From positions 1,344,001 to 1,408,000 of the forward strand of contig OY759726.1 in the NCBI GenBank assembly GCA_963662625.1: 64,000 nucleotides of DNA, written 5' to 3'. Source of the DNA: Nitrosopumilus sp. Lineage in GTDB: Archaea > Thermoproteota > Nitrososphaeria > Nitrososphaerales > Nitrosopumilaceae. The notes beneath the pieces are model-generated. The model was not told the DNA's origin. It worked only from the letters and a program-made list of their open reading frames with translations, and made no database searches. The translations under genes were made by a program, and so were the position numbers. Positions 45,422 through 55,216 of this stretch are shown piece after piece (positions within the stretch are counted from its first letter, which is position 1; every line of letters begins with the position of its first letter).

Positions 45422-46582
45422 ATGGCAAGCGAGCACCATCCAGCTGTGAGCCTCCAGGAGTTCGGCCTGAGCAAGTACGAGTCGCAGGCCTACGTCACGC
45501 TGATCTCCCGGGGGACGGTCTCTGCCAGCGAGCTGGCCTACTACTCGGACCTGCCAAGGACCAAGATCTACCCCACGCTGGCCAAGCTGGAAAAAAAGAA
45601 GCTCGTGGTGATATCCAAGAGCAAGCCCATAATGTGCACGGCCGTGGCCCCGGAGGACGCCTTCGACTCGGTCATCCACGAGCAGATAAACAAGGTGAAC
45701 GCGATGAACACCATGGTCTCCAACCTCAAGAAGGCCAGCGAGGAGAGCCGCAAGTCCCAGGGCTCCGAGGAGAAGAGGTACTTCCACCTGGGCGCGAACA
45801 ACGTGCTGACAAAGCTGCGGACGATGATCGAGGGCTCGAAGTCGTCGATCAGCATCGTTTCCGACCAGTGGGGCCTGGGGCTGCTCGCCGAGTGCAGGCA
45901 GCAGCTGATCTCGGTGATCAGGAGGGGCCTTGACGTGAAGCTGGTGATCCACCCGTCCCAGGTGTGCTCGGAGCCGTTCAGGGGGATCCCGGACGGCGTG
46001 AAGATCAGGACGTCGGACGTGATCCAGAACTGCTTCATCTTTGACGACACCGAGCTCCTGGCCGTGGACAGCAGGGACGGCAAGGGGGCAGTGCTCTCCT
46101 CGGCAGACATCCTGGCCGCAAACCAGCTCAGGGCGTTCGCGAGCGTCTGGAAGAACGCGGCGAGGACGGAGTCGCTGGCGGACATGACAAAGTCGGAGGC
46201 CCAGGAGATCTACAAGATCGTCAGGACCGTGCACGAGGGCGGGCTGCTGCACGTGCTCTCCTCCGTCCCGGCGTCGAGGAAGCCCGAGGTCGACATGCTG
46301 AAACTGCTTGAAAAAAACGGCGTCAACCTAAAGTCGAGGCCGCTCGACGAGATCATCGAGATCGTCGACGCCGTCCAGCAGATGGTGTGCGCCGGCCACG
46401 TCAGCTTCGAGGCTGCCACCCGGAACATCACGATAGAGTCCAGGATAAACGGCGGCCACTCGCTGCCGTGGGTGTCCATCCTCGAGGAATGCCTCCACAA
46501 GAAGGGGTACCGGACGAGGACGCTGTACCAGAACCAGCAGGCCAAGAGCGAGAAGATCCACATCAAGATATCTAAAAACTAA
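45422..46582 (+). CDS. TrmB family transcriptional regulator
   Basis: FGLSKYESQAY...PRTKIYPTLAKLEKK wHTH followed by a PLD-like effector domain. Confidence 0.88.
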   Translation: MASEHHPAVSLQEFGLSKYESQAYVTLISRGTVSASELAYYSDLPRTKIYPTLAKLEKKKLVVISKSKPIMCTAVAPEDAFDSVIHEQINKVNAMNTMVSNLKKASEESRKSQGSEEKRYFHLGANNVLTKLRTMIEGSKSSISIVSDQWGLGLLAECRQQLISVIRRGLDVKLVIHPSQVCSEPFRGIPDGVKIRTSDVIQNCFIFDDTELLAVDSRDGKGAVLSSADILAANQLRAFASVWKNAARTESLADMTKSEAQEIYKIVRTVHEGGLLHVLSSVPASRKPEVDMLKLLEKNGVNLKSRPLDEIIEIVDAVQQMVCAGHVSFEAATRNITIESRINGGHSLPWVSILEECLHKKGYRTRTLYQNQQAKSEKIHIKISKN

Positions 46583-46608
46583 AATCACGCGGGGGCCTCC
46601 CACAGTTC

Positions 46609-47061
46609 GTGATAGAGGAGAGGCTAGAGTCGCTCGGGATCGCGCTGCCCGAGCCCCCGGCACCGGCGGGCTCCTACGTGCCGGTAGTCCGGACGGGGAA
46701 CCTCCTGTTCGTCTCCGGCCAGATCCCGGTGGAGGACGGCAGGGTGAAGTTCACGGGCAGGGTGTCCGAGGACAACCTGGGGGAGGGGCAGGCTTCGGCA
46801 AGGCTGTGCGCGGTCAACGTCCTGGCACAGGTGAAGCGCGAGATCGGCGGCCTTGACGGGGTCTCTAGGATCGTGGGGCTGTCCGGGTTCGTCAGTTCCG
46901 GCCCGGGCTTCGCAATGCACCCCAAGGTCATCGACGGGGCGTCGGACCTGCTCTACGAGGTGTTCGGCGACGCTGGAAGGCATTCCAGGATGGCCGTCGG
47001 CGTCGCGGGCCTGCCGCTTGACGCGATGACCGAGGTAGGGGCCGTAGTCGAGGTCAGCTAG
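46609..47061 (+). CDS. RidA/YjgF family protein
   Basis: YVPVVRTGNLLFVSGQIP and GRHSRMAVGV..LP. Confidence 0.9.
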   Translation: MIEERLESLGIALPEPPAPAGSYVPVVRTGNLLFVSGQIPVEDGRVKFTGRVSEDNLGEGQASARLCAVNVLAQVKREIGGLDGVSRIVGLSGFVSSGPGFAMHPKVIDGASDLLYEVFGDAGRHSRMAVGVAGLPLDAMTEVGAVVEVS

Positions 47062-48091
47062 GCGGGTTCAGCCTCTTGTTGAACTCCGTGAGGAACTTCC
47101 TGATCTTGTCCTTCGGGACCATGGCGCCGCAGGCCTTGTCGTGGCCCCCGCCGGAGCCGCCCAGGTCGGCGGCCAGGGAGTTGACTATCTTCCCCAGGTG
47201 GACCTTGCAGGACCTGGATCCCCTTATGGAGACGGCGTAGATCCCGTGGTCGACCCGCTCCTTGTATGCCACGCCGACGTCCTTTCCTGACAGGCCCAGC
47301 ACGAAGTTGACCGCCCCGCTCGCCCCGGAGTCGACTATCTCCATGTACCCGAGGTTCTTCATGGTCCTCATCCCCTCCTTGACCTTGGCGATCACCTGGG
47401 AGAGCTTGTCCACCTGGATCTGGGCGAACTCGAACGTGTTGGGGATCTGGTGCGGGAACTTCGACTCGGAAAGCTCCTCCACCAGGTACGCCAGGTATTC
47501 AGGGTCCTTCTGGTGGCCGACTATGTTGTACGTGAGGACGGTGGCGCTGATCAGCACGAACTGCCTGTCGTAAATCTGCAACAGCCTGGATCCGATGGGG
47601 CGGTCCTCCATGTAGTCGGTGACCGCGGCGCACGCCGCTATGAACGACGCGTGGTCCTGCAGCTTTGACTTGAACTTGTTGTATACCTGGACGGTGGTGC
47701 ACTCGTCGACGTCGTGGATCATCTTCACCTTCATGTCCTCGAGCTGCCCGGCGATGCCCTGGTCGATGTCGTGGTGATCCACGTACGTGACCGACACGCG
47801 CTTCTTGCGCAGCGCCCCCACTAGCCCGACGAACTCGTCCTGGTTCTTCTTGCTGAGGCCCAGGTCGCAGATGTACAGGGACTTTAGCTCCGGGTCCTCG
47901 CTCGCCTGCCTGATCGCCTCCATCTGCCCGGGGTAGTCCACCAGCACCGAGTCCCCGCCAAACGCCTGCCTTATCAGGGCGGCGGAACTGATCCCGTCTG
48001 CGTCCTCCTTGTGGGATATGCAGAGCGTCTTGACCCGCTTGCCTGCATGCGGCCTGCCGGAGGCTCCCGCCGCCTTCTTTGACGCGGTCAT
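47054..48091 (-). CDS. DHH/DHHA1 family phosphoesterase
   Basis: EDADG, ICDL, VDHH and GGGHDKACG. Confidence 0.9.
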   Translation of the reverse strand: MTASKKAAGASGRPHAGKRVKTLCISHKEDADGISSAALIRQAFGGDSVLVDYPGQMEAIRQASEDPELKSLYICDLGLSKKNQDEFVGLVGALRKKRVSVTYVDHHDIDQGIAGQLEDMKVKMIHDVDECTTVQVYNKFKSKLQDHASFIAACAAVTDYMEDRPIGSRLLQIYDRQFVLISATVLTYNIVGHQKDPEYLAYLVEELSESKFPHQIPNTFEFAQIQVDKLSQVIAKVKEGMRTMKNLGYMEIVDSGASGAVNFVLGLSGKDVGVAYKERVDHGIYAVSIRGSRSCKVHLGKIVNSLAADLGGSGGGHDKACGAMVPKDKIRKFLTEFNKRLNPPS

Positions 48092-48145
48092 CAATGTCCG
48101 AAAACGACGCGCCCTCATTTAAACCAAGAAAGACGCGGCCCGCGG

Positions 48146-48340
48146 TCAGCTCCCCGTGCCGCGCCCCTTCCTGACGCCCTGCCGGGCCGGCACCGCGGAG
48201 TTGGCGCACGCGTCGTAAAACGGCACCCCGGTCAGCTGCGTCTGCCTGTCGGCCTCCTGGATCTTCCTCAGATCGGGGCCCGACGCATCGAGGATCATGC
48301 CGTCCATTCTCTCGAACAGCCTTCTTTCGGCCGGAGTCAT
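48146..48340 (-). CDS. small hypothetical protein
   Basis: 64-aa ORF preceded by an AT-rich promoter. Confidence 0.5.
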   Translation of the reverse strand: MTPAERRLFERMDGMILDASGPDLRKIQEADRQTQLTGVPFYDACANSAVPARQGVRKGRGTGS

Positions 48341-48566
48341 TTAACTCTTGGTTAAAACCGGCCATTTATGGGCCGGGGTTGCCATATTAGACAATTTGCT
48401 AAGCTTCGTAGACGCGGAGGCCGGCCGCCGCGCGCCGCGCACTGACGGGGGCGGGTCCCGCGGCCCACAGCCTCGGGCACGGGGGCGCCGCGTCTTCCGG
48501 CCCGGCGCGCCCGTCCTGCGGGCCGCGATTGGGAAAATATAATAGAAGATCCCACTGAATACCGCC

Positions 48567-49730
48567 GTGGACACGAAGAACATAGGCCTCCGCGGGATCG
48601 AGGTGGCAGACACGAAGATCTCGAACATAGACGGCAAGAGGGGAAAGCTGATCTACCGCGGATATGACATCCTGGACCTGACAAAAAACTCGACGTTCGA
48701 GGAGACCGCGTACCTGCTGCTGTACGACGACCTGCCCACGAAGAAGCAGCTGAACGAGTTCAAGGCCAACCTGGCCGAGGCGAGGCTGATCCCAAAGCGG
48801 ATGCAGATGAACATGAAGAACTGGAGGAAGGACGCCGACCCCATGGACATGCTCCAGGCGTTCGTCTCCGCGCTGGCGGGGTACTATGACGAGGAGTTTT
48901 CCACGAAGGAGTCGAGCTACGAAAAGGCGATCAACCTGGTCGCGAAGGTCCCGACGATCATAGCAAGCTGGCACAGGATCCGGAACGGGCTGGACCTGGT
49001 GGATCCCGACCCGGAACTTGGCCACGCCGCGAACTTCCTGCGCATGATGTTCGGGGAAAAGCCCGACCCGGAGATTGAGAGCATATTCGACATCTGCCTG
49101 ATCCTGCACGCCGACCACACGTTCAACGCGTCCACGTTCACCGCGAGGCAGGTGGCGTCCACCAGGGCGCACATGTACTCCGCGGCCAGCGCGGCGATCG
49201 GCTCGCTCAGCGGGGAGCTGCACGGCGGCGCCAACACAGAGGTGATGAAGATGCTCCTGGAGATAGGGGACATCCAGAAGGTCGAGCCGTGGATCAAGGA
49301 CTCGATGGCCCGGGGCGAGAGGATCATGGGGATGGGCCACGCGGTATACCGCACGTATGATCCGAGGGCCCAGGTGCTCAAGGAGATGTCGCGGAAGGTA
49401 GCGGCAAAGACGGGGGAGCCGTGGTTTGACATGACCGAGAAGGTCGAGATGACGACGATCTCCGAGATGAAGGAGAGGAAGGGCAGGAACATCTACCCCA
49501 ACGTGGACCTGTACAGCGCGTCGATCTACTACATGATGAAGATCCCGGTGGATCTCAACACCCCGATCTTCGCGATATCGAGGGTGGCCGGGTGGGCCGC
49601 CCACATCATAGAGGAAAAGTTCGCCGAGGCCGCGCCAAAGCCCGCGCTGTACAGGCCAAAGGCGTCCTACGTGGGGAAGTACTGCGGGCCGCAGGGGTGC
49701 GAGTACAAGGCGCTTGACCTGAGGAACTAG
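48567..49730 (+). CDS. gltA: citrate synthase
   Basis: LHADHTFNAST, LHGGAN, GMGHAVY, DPRA and PNVDLYS. Confidence 0.95.
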   Translation: MDTKNIGLRGIEVADTKISNIDGKRGKLIYRGYDILDLTKNSTFEETAYLLLYDDLPTKKQLNEFKANLAEARLIPKRMQMNMKNWRKDADPMDMLQAFVSALAGYYDEEFSTKESSYEKAINLVAKVPTIIASWHRIRNGLDLVDPDPELGHAANFLRMMFGEKPDPEIESIFDICLILHADHTFNASTFTARQVASTRAHMYSAASAAIGSLSGELHGGANTEVMKMLLEIGDIQKVEPWIKDSMARGERIMGMGHAVYRTYDPRAQVLKEMSRKVAAKTGEPWFDMTEKVEMTTISEMKERKGRNIYPNVDLYSASIYYMMKIPVDLNTPIFAISRVAGWAAHIIEEKFAEAAPKPALYRPKASYVGKYCGPQGCEYKALDLRN

Positions 49731-49933
49731 TTGCGCGTGTCCAGCCAGTCGTGGGCCTTGGCGTTTATGTCGTGCCTGTACAGGACCTCGAACACCATGT
49801 CGTAGAACGTGATCCCCTTCTTCCGGGCCTGGTCGTCAAGCCATTTTATGCCGTCTGCCAGCTCGGGGTCATGTTCGGAGAACTCAACCAGCTCGTCGAC
49901 CATCTTTGAAAAAAACCCGTTCGACTCCAGCAT
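49727..49933 (-). CDS. small hypothetical protein
   Basis: DPELADGIKWLD...KGITFYDMVFEVL; start uncertain. Confidence 0.65.
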   Translation of the reverse strand: MLESNGFFSKMVDELVEFSEHDPELADGIKWLDDQARKKGITFYDMVFEVLYRHDINAKAHDWLDTRN

Positions 49934-50148
49934 GCATTCAGTTTCCACGCTTTGATCATAAGGGTTGGATTCAAAATATGTAGACAAAAGACCGTTTTTT
50001 GGTTGACAATGGCTAGCGGGCGCGGGCCTCGCGGGCCGGCAGGCGCGGGCCGATCCGCCCTGGGCGCACCGGGCCGGCGCGGCATGCCCGCTCGCGGCCC
50101 GCGGCGATCCCCGCGGATGCTAGGGTTTATTTTGGAGTGCGGAATCCC

Positions 50149-50799
50149 ATGGATCACATGGCAGGTATAGACAAGGCTGCAATCGCGTTCACGATAGCAA
50201 TAGTGGCCGCAGGCGTAGGAATGGCGCTTTATGGCGAGGGCGTGCAGAGTGCACCGGCCGCCACCGCGCCAGCAATTCCCACGCCGGCCGCGATGCCGGC
50301 CGATGAACCGGAACCGCAGACTGACACGTTTGCGGCGCTGGCCGACAAGGTCAAGGAAGACACCGCAGCGGCAGACGTGTCCGTTGAGGTGGCGCAGGTA
50401 CCGCCCGCGACAGGTACGGAGGAACCCGCGCCCGAAGCCGAGGCCGCACAGGACGCGCCCGAAGCCGAGGCCGCACCGGCACCAGCGCCAGCAGGGCCCC
50501 AAACGGTCACCGTAGACATCCCGGTAGGGACGTCGGTGCCAGGCTGCGAGGAGACCAACGCGTGCTACCTCCCGATGTCCGTCACAATCAACGCCGGCGA
50601 CACCGTGGAATGGGCAAACGTGGACACCGCGGCGCACACGGTCACGAGCGGGCTCCCGTCAAGCGGACCGTCAGGAGAATTCGACAGCAGCCTAATCATG
50701 GTGGACGCGTCATTCGCGTTCACGTTTGACGAGCCCGGCAGCTACGATTACTTTTGCATGGTTCACCCGTGGATGATCGGCGACGTCCAAGTCAACTAG
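50149..50799 (+). CDS. blue-copper (plastocyanin-like) membrane-anchored protein
   Basis: N-terminal TM, Pro/Ala/Glu linker, HTVTSG and YFCMVHPWM copper ligands. Confidence 0.9.
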   Translation: MDHMAGIDKAAIAFTIAIVAAGVGMALYGEGVQSAPAATAPAIPTPAAMPADEPEPQTDTFAALADKVKEDTAAADVSVEVAQVPPATGTEEPAPEAEAAQDAPEAEAAPAPAPAGPQTVTVDIPVGTSVPGCEETNACYLPMSVTINAGDTVEWANVDTAAHTVTSGLPSSGPSGEFDSSLIMVDASFAFTFDEPGSYDYFCMVHPWMIGDVQVN

Positions 50800-50813
50800 G
50801 AACCTTTTTCTTT

Positions 50814-52400
50814 TTATTTTACCCGGGCCCTGCGGATGGCCCTGTTGTACGCCACGCCGAACCTGTGCGCCTCGTCGCGCGCGTGCTGCAGGATCCGCAG
50901 CGCCGCCCCCTCCCTCGGCATCGCCACCGGGTCCCTCCTCCCCGGGACGTACACCTCCTCGTTCTCCTTCGCAAGCGAGACGCACGGTATGCCGAGCCCG
51001 AGCGCGCGCAGCGCGTCCAGCGCCGAGTTGAGCTGCCCCCTGCCACCGTCGATCAGGACCATGTCCGGGAGCGCGGCGCCGGCCCCGAGCAGCCCGTAGT
51101 AGCGGCGCCTGACCACCTCGCCTATCATCGCAAAGTCGTCCCTCCCGGAGACGGTCCTTATCCTGAACTTCCTGTACGCGGACTTGTCGGGCCGCCCGTC
51201 CACGAACGCGGACATGGCGCCCACCGCAAAGTCCTCCCCGTGGTTCGAGATGTCAAAGCACTCTATGGTGCCGGGCGCCGCCGGGAGGCCCAGCGCGTCC
51301 TTGAGGTCGGCCAGGCCCGGCTCGCCGCCCATCTCCTGGACCAGCCTGAGGTTCCTCGATATGAGGTCGAGGATCTCCCTCCTCTTCCCCCTCTTGGGCA
51401 GCGTGATCCGCACCCGGAAGCCTGCCTGCTCGGAAAACAGCGCCTCCAGGGCGTCCCTGCCTGCGGGGTACTCGCTTACGACGATGAACCTGGGCAGCCG
51501 GTGGGTGGAATAATACTGGGACAGGAACGTCGAGAACGAGTTGTCGCCGACCAGGTCGAAGGAGAACCTGTCGCTGTCCCTGATGACGCCGTGCACCATC
51601 CGGAAGTTCATCACGACGGCCGACTGGTCCCGCAGCGCGATCCCAAAGTACTCCTCGTCGGAGTTCTTGACGTACTCCATCTTCTGCCCCGTCTGCAGGC
51701 TGCCGAGCCGGGCCAGGGTGTCCCGTATCTCGATCGCCCTCTCGAACTGCCGCATACCCGCCGCGCGCCTCATCTCGCCCTCGAGCTTCTCGGCGAAGAC
51801 CCTCGTCTGGTTCCTGCCCTTGAGCACCCCCTCGAGGGCCTCGACGTGCCCCGCGTAGCTCTCCTGCGCTGACCCGAACTCGCACGGCCCCTCGCAGTTG
51901 CCCAGGTGGTACTCGAGGCAGACCTTCTTTGGCAGGGTCTTGCATATCCTTATCTGGAACGCCTTGCGCAGCGTCCCTATCGTCAGCAGCTTCGAGCTGC
52001 CGTGCGTGAACGGCCCGTAGATCTTCCCCCTCCCCAGGAACTTCCCGTCGCGCGTCCTCCTTGCCACCAGCAGCCGGGGGTACCTTTCGTCGGAGATCCT
52101 CAGGTAGGTGTACCGCTGCTGGTCCTTGAGCTCTATGTTGAACCGCGGCCTGTGCCTCTTTATCATGTTGGACTCGAGGAGGAACGCCTCGCTCTCGTTG
52201 TCGGTCAGGACGAACTCGATCCCGGCTATGCTCTCGACGAGCTTCTGCGTCTTGCGGTTCTGGTTCTTCAGGAAGTACGACCGCACGCGGTTCCTGAGGT
52301 TCTTTGCCTTGCCTATGTATATGGTGCTGCCCGCCCCGTCCTTCATTAGGTAGACGCCCGGCCCCTGCGGGATGCTTACCCGCGACACGTCAAACGTCAT
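50814..52400 (-). CDS. uvrC: excinuclease ABC subunit C
   Basis: PGVYLMKD...YIGKAKNLRNRV, ECFDISN, LIDGGRGQ and RDEAHRF. Confidence 0.95.
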   Translation of the reverse strand: MTFDVSRVSIPQGPGVYLMKDGAGSTIYIGKAKNLRNRVRSYFLKNQNRKTQKLVESIAGIEFVLTDNESEAFLLESNMIKRHRPRFNIELKDQQRYTYLRISDERYPRLLVARRTRDGKFLGRGKIYGPFTHGSSKLLTIGTLRKAFQIRICKTLPKKVCLEYHLGNCEGPCEFGSAQESYAGHVEALEGVLKGRNQTRVFAEKLEGEMRRAAGMRQFERAIEIRDTLARLGSLQTGQKMEYVKNSDEEYFGIALRDQSAVVMNFRMVHGVIRDSDRFSFDLVGDNSFSTFLSQYYSTHRLPRFIVVSEYPAGRDALEALFSEQAGFRVRITLPKRGKRREILDLISRNLRLVQEMGGEPGLADLKDALGLPAAPGTIECFDISNHGEDFAVGAMSAFVDGRPDKSAYRKFRIRTVSGRDDFAMIGEVVRRRYYGLLGAGAALPDMVLIDGGRGQLNSALDALRALGLGIPCVSLAKENEEVYVPGRRDPVAMPREGAALRILQHARDEAHRFGVAYNRAIRRARVK

Positions 52401-55216
52401 TTCCGCAGCAACTTTTTGAGGTACCTTCCGGTGTAGCTCCCGGGAGACCTTGACAGCTGCTCCGGCGTGCCGGCGGCCACCACCCGCCCGCCCTCGTCGC
52501 CGCCCTCCGGCCCGAGGTCCACCACCCAGTCCGAGTTCCTGATGACGTCCATGTTGTGCTCGATCACCACCACCGTGTTTCCCAGGTTGACCAGCCTGTT
52601 CAGCACGTCGAGGAGCTTCTGCACGTCCGCAAAGTGGAGGCCGGTGGTCGGCTCGTCCAGGATGTACAGCGTCCTCCCGGTCCCGCGCTTCGAGAGCTCC
52701 GAGGCCAGCTTCACCCGCTGGGCCTCCCCGCCAGACAGCGTGGTGGACGACTGCCCGAGCTTGATGTACCCGAGCCCGACGTCGTATATCGTCTGCAGCT
52801 TCCTCTTGATCGCCGGGACGTTCCCGAAGAACTCCAGGGCCTCGAAGACGGTCATCTCCAGCACGTCTGCCACGTTCTTCCCCTTGTACATCACGGACAG
52901 GGTCTCGGAGTTGTAGCGCTTGCCCTTGCACTCGTCGCACTTCACGTAGACGTCCGAGAGGAACTGCATCTCTATCCGCTTGACGCCGTCGCCGTCGCAC
53001 GCAAAGCACCTCCCGTCGGCGACGTTGAACGAGAACTGCCCCGGCGCGTAGCCGCGCTCCCTTGACAGCTCCGTGCCGGCGTACAGCTCGCGTATCGGGG
53101 TGAACGCCCCGATGTACGTGGCCGGGTTGGAGCGGGGCGTCCTCCCTATGGGGGACTGGTCTATGGCGATCACCTTGTCTATGTCGCCGGCGCCGTCTAT
53201 CCCCCGGTGCCTCCCGGGCCTGGCGTTTGACTGGTAGAAGCGGGCCTCGAGCGACCTGAGCAGGATGTCGTTGACCAGCGTGGACTTGCCGGAGCCGGAC
53301 ACCCCCGTCACCGAGACGAACAGGCCCAGCGGTATCTCCACGTCGATGTCCTTGAGGTTGTTCTCGGCGGCCCCCAGCACCCGCAGCTTCCCGGCGGGCG
53401 CCCTCACCCTGCCTTCCAGCCCGATGGACTCCTTGCCCTTCAGGTAGTCCCCGGTGACTGACCTGTGGCCGTTGAGGATCTGCCTGACCGTCCCCTCGAA
53501 CACTATGCTGCCGCCGTGTATGCCCGCCCCGGGCCCCAGGTCCACTATCCAGTCGGAGCGCCGTATCACCTCCTCGTCGTGCTCCACGACGATCACCGTG
53601 TTGCCGAGGTTCCGCAGCTTGGTCAGCGTCTTTATCAGCCTGGCGTTGTCGCGCTGGTGCAGGCCTATCGTGGGCTCGTCAAGCACGTACATGACGCCGG
53701 TGAGGTTGGAGCCGATCTGCGTCGCCAGGCGTATCCTCTGCGACTCCCCGCCCGACAGCGTGGAGCTGAGGCGGTTGAGCGCCAGGTAGTTCAGCCCGAC
53801 GTTCCTCAGGAACTCCAGCCTCTCCGTTATCTCCTTGAGGATGTCGCGCGCGATGTACCGCTCGTTGTCGGTCAGGCCGAGGCCGGAAAAGAACCCGTAG
53901 CAGTCGTCTATGGACATGTCGCAGACGTCCATTATGCCCCTGCCGTTGATCCTCACCGCGAGGGACTCCGGCCTCAGCTTGTTGCCGCCGCAGGAGTCGC
54001 ACGGCGTGTCCCTCATGAACCCCTTCAGCCACTCCCGCTTCGACTCGGAGTCCGTCTCGGCAAACGAGCGCCGGAGGCTCCCCATCACGCCCCGGAAGGC
54101 GTCGACGCGCTGCCAGGTGGAGCCGCCCGAGTACGACCTGTAGCTGACCTTGATCGGGTCGTCCGTCCCGTGCAGGATCACCCTGAGGTGCTCCGGGCTT
54201 ATCCGCTCGATCGGGGTCATCAGGTCGAAGCCGAACTTGCTGCCCACCGCGCGCAGCTCCTGGCGCCTGAACGAGGAGAACCTCCCGCTCCACGGGACTA
54301 TGGCGCCGTCCAGTATCGACTTTGTCCTGTCGGGTATCACCAGGTCGGCGTCAAACTCCATCTTCACGCCCAGGCCGCTGCATGCCCTGCACATCCCGAA
54401 CGGCGAGTTGAACGAGAAGGTGCGCGGCTCCAGCTCGCCCACCGTCAGGCCGCAGTGGGGGCACGCGTTGTTCTGGGAGAACGTCCTCTCGGACCTTTCC
54501 GAGGACACCACCGCGTCCCCCTTGGACGCCTTGATCGCCGCCTGCACCGCCTCGAACAGCCTGGAGCGCTCGGTCCTGGCGGCCCTTATCCTGTCCACCA
54601 CGATCTCGACCGTGTGCCACTTCTGGCGGTCGAGCGCGGGGACGTCCCCGTCCAGGTCCAGGACCTCCCCGTCCAGGCGTATCCTGGAGTACCCGTCCTT
54701 CCTTACCTGCTCCAGGATCTTCTCGTGGGTGCCCTTCTTCCTCCGTATGATCGGGGACAGCACGAGTATCTTCTGGCCGTCGAACTCCCTGAGCACGGAG
54801 TCGCATATGGTCTCGACCGACTGGCTTGATATCTTCCTGCCGCACGAGGCGCAGTGGGGGATCCCGATGCGCGCGTAGAGCAGCCGCATGTAGTCGTAGA
54901 TCTCCGTGGTGGTGCCCACGGTCGAGCGCGGGTTCTTGCTGGTGGTCTTCTGCTGGATCGATATGGCCGGGGAGAGCCCGTCTATCGAGTCGACGTCTGG
55001 CTTGTCCATCATCTCCAGGAACTGCCGCGCGTACGCCGAGAGCGACTCCACGTACCGCCTCTGCCCCTCGGCGTATATGGTGTCAAACGCGAGCGTGGAC
55101 TTGCCGGATCCCGACAGGCCGCTGATCACCACCAGGCTGTTCTTGGGGATGTCGACGTCGAGGTTCTTCAGGTTGTGGTGGCGCGCGCCGCGGATCCTCA
55201 GCTTACTTTCTGCCAT
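52397..55216 (-). CDS. uvrA: excinuclease ABC subunit A
   Basis: Two ABC cassettes (GLSGSGKST, GVSGSGKST), LSGGE motifs and Zn fingers. Confidence 0.97.
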   Translation of the reverse strand: MAESKLRIRGARHHNLKNLDVDIPKNSLVVISGLSGSGKSTLAFDTIYAEGQRRYVESLSAYARQFLEMMDKPDVDSIDGLSPAISIQQKTTSKNPRSTVGTTTEIYDYMRLLYARIGIPHCASCGRKISSQSVETICDSVLREFDGQKILVLSPIIRRKKGTHEKILEQVRKDGYSRIRLDGEVLDLDGDVPALDRQKWHTVEIVVDRIRAARTERSRLFEAVQAAIKASKGDAVVSSERSERTFSQNNACPHCGLTVGELEPRTFSFNSPFGMCRACSGLGVKMEFDADLVIPDRTKSILDGAIVPWSGRFSSFRRQELRAVGSKFGFDLMTPIERISPEHLRVILHGTDDPIKVSYRSYSGGSTWQRVDAFRGVMGSLRRSFAETDSESKREWLKGFMRDTPCDSCGGNKLRPESLAVRINGRGIMDVCDMSIDDCYGFFSGLGLTDNERYIARDILKEITERLEFLRNVGLNYLALNRLSSTLSGGESQRIRLATQIGSNLTGVMYVLDEPTIGLHQRDNARLIKTLTKLRNLGNTVIVVEHDEEVIRRSDWIVDLGPGAGIHGGSIVFEGTVRQILNGHRSVTGDYLKGKESIGLEGRVRAPAGKLRVLGAAENNLKDIDVEIPLGLFVSVTGVSGSGKSTLVNDILLRSLEARFYQSNARPGRHRGIDGAGDIDKVIAIDQSPIGRTPRSNPATYIGAFTPIRELYAGTELSRERGYAPGQFSFNVADGRCFACDGDGVKRIEMQFLSDVYVKCDECKGKRYNSETLSVMYKGKNVADVLEMTVFEALEFFGNVPAIKRKLQTIYDVGLGYIKLGQSSTTLSGGEAQRVKLASELSKRGTGRTLYILDEPTTGLHFADVQKLLDVLNRLVNLGNTVVVIEHNMDVIRNSDWVVDLGPEGGDEGGRVVAAGTPEQLSRSPGSYTGRYLKKLLRK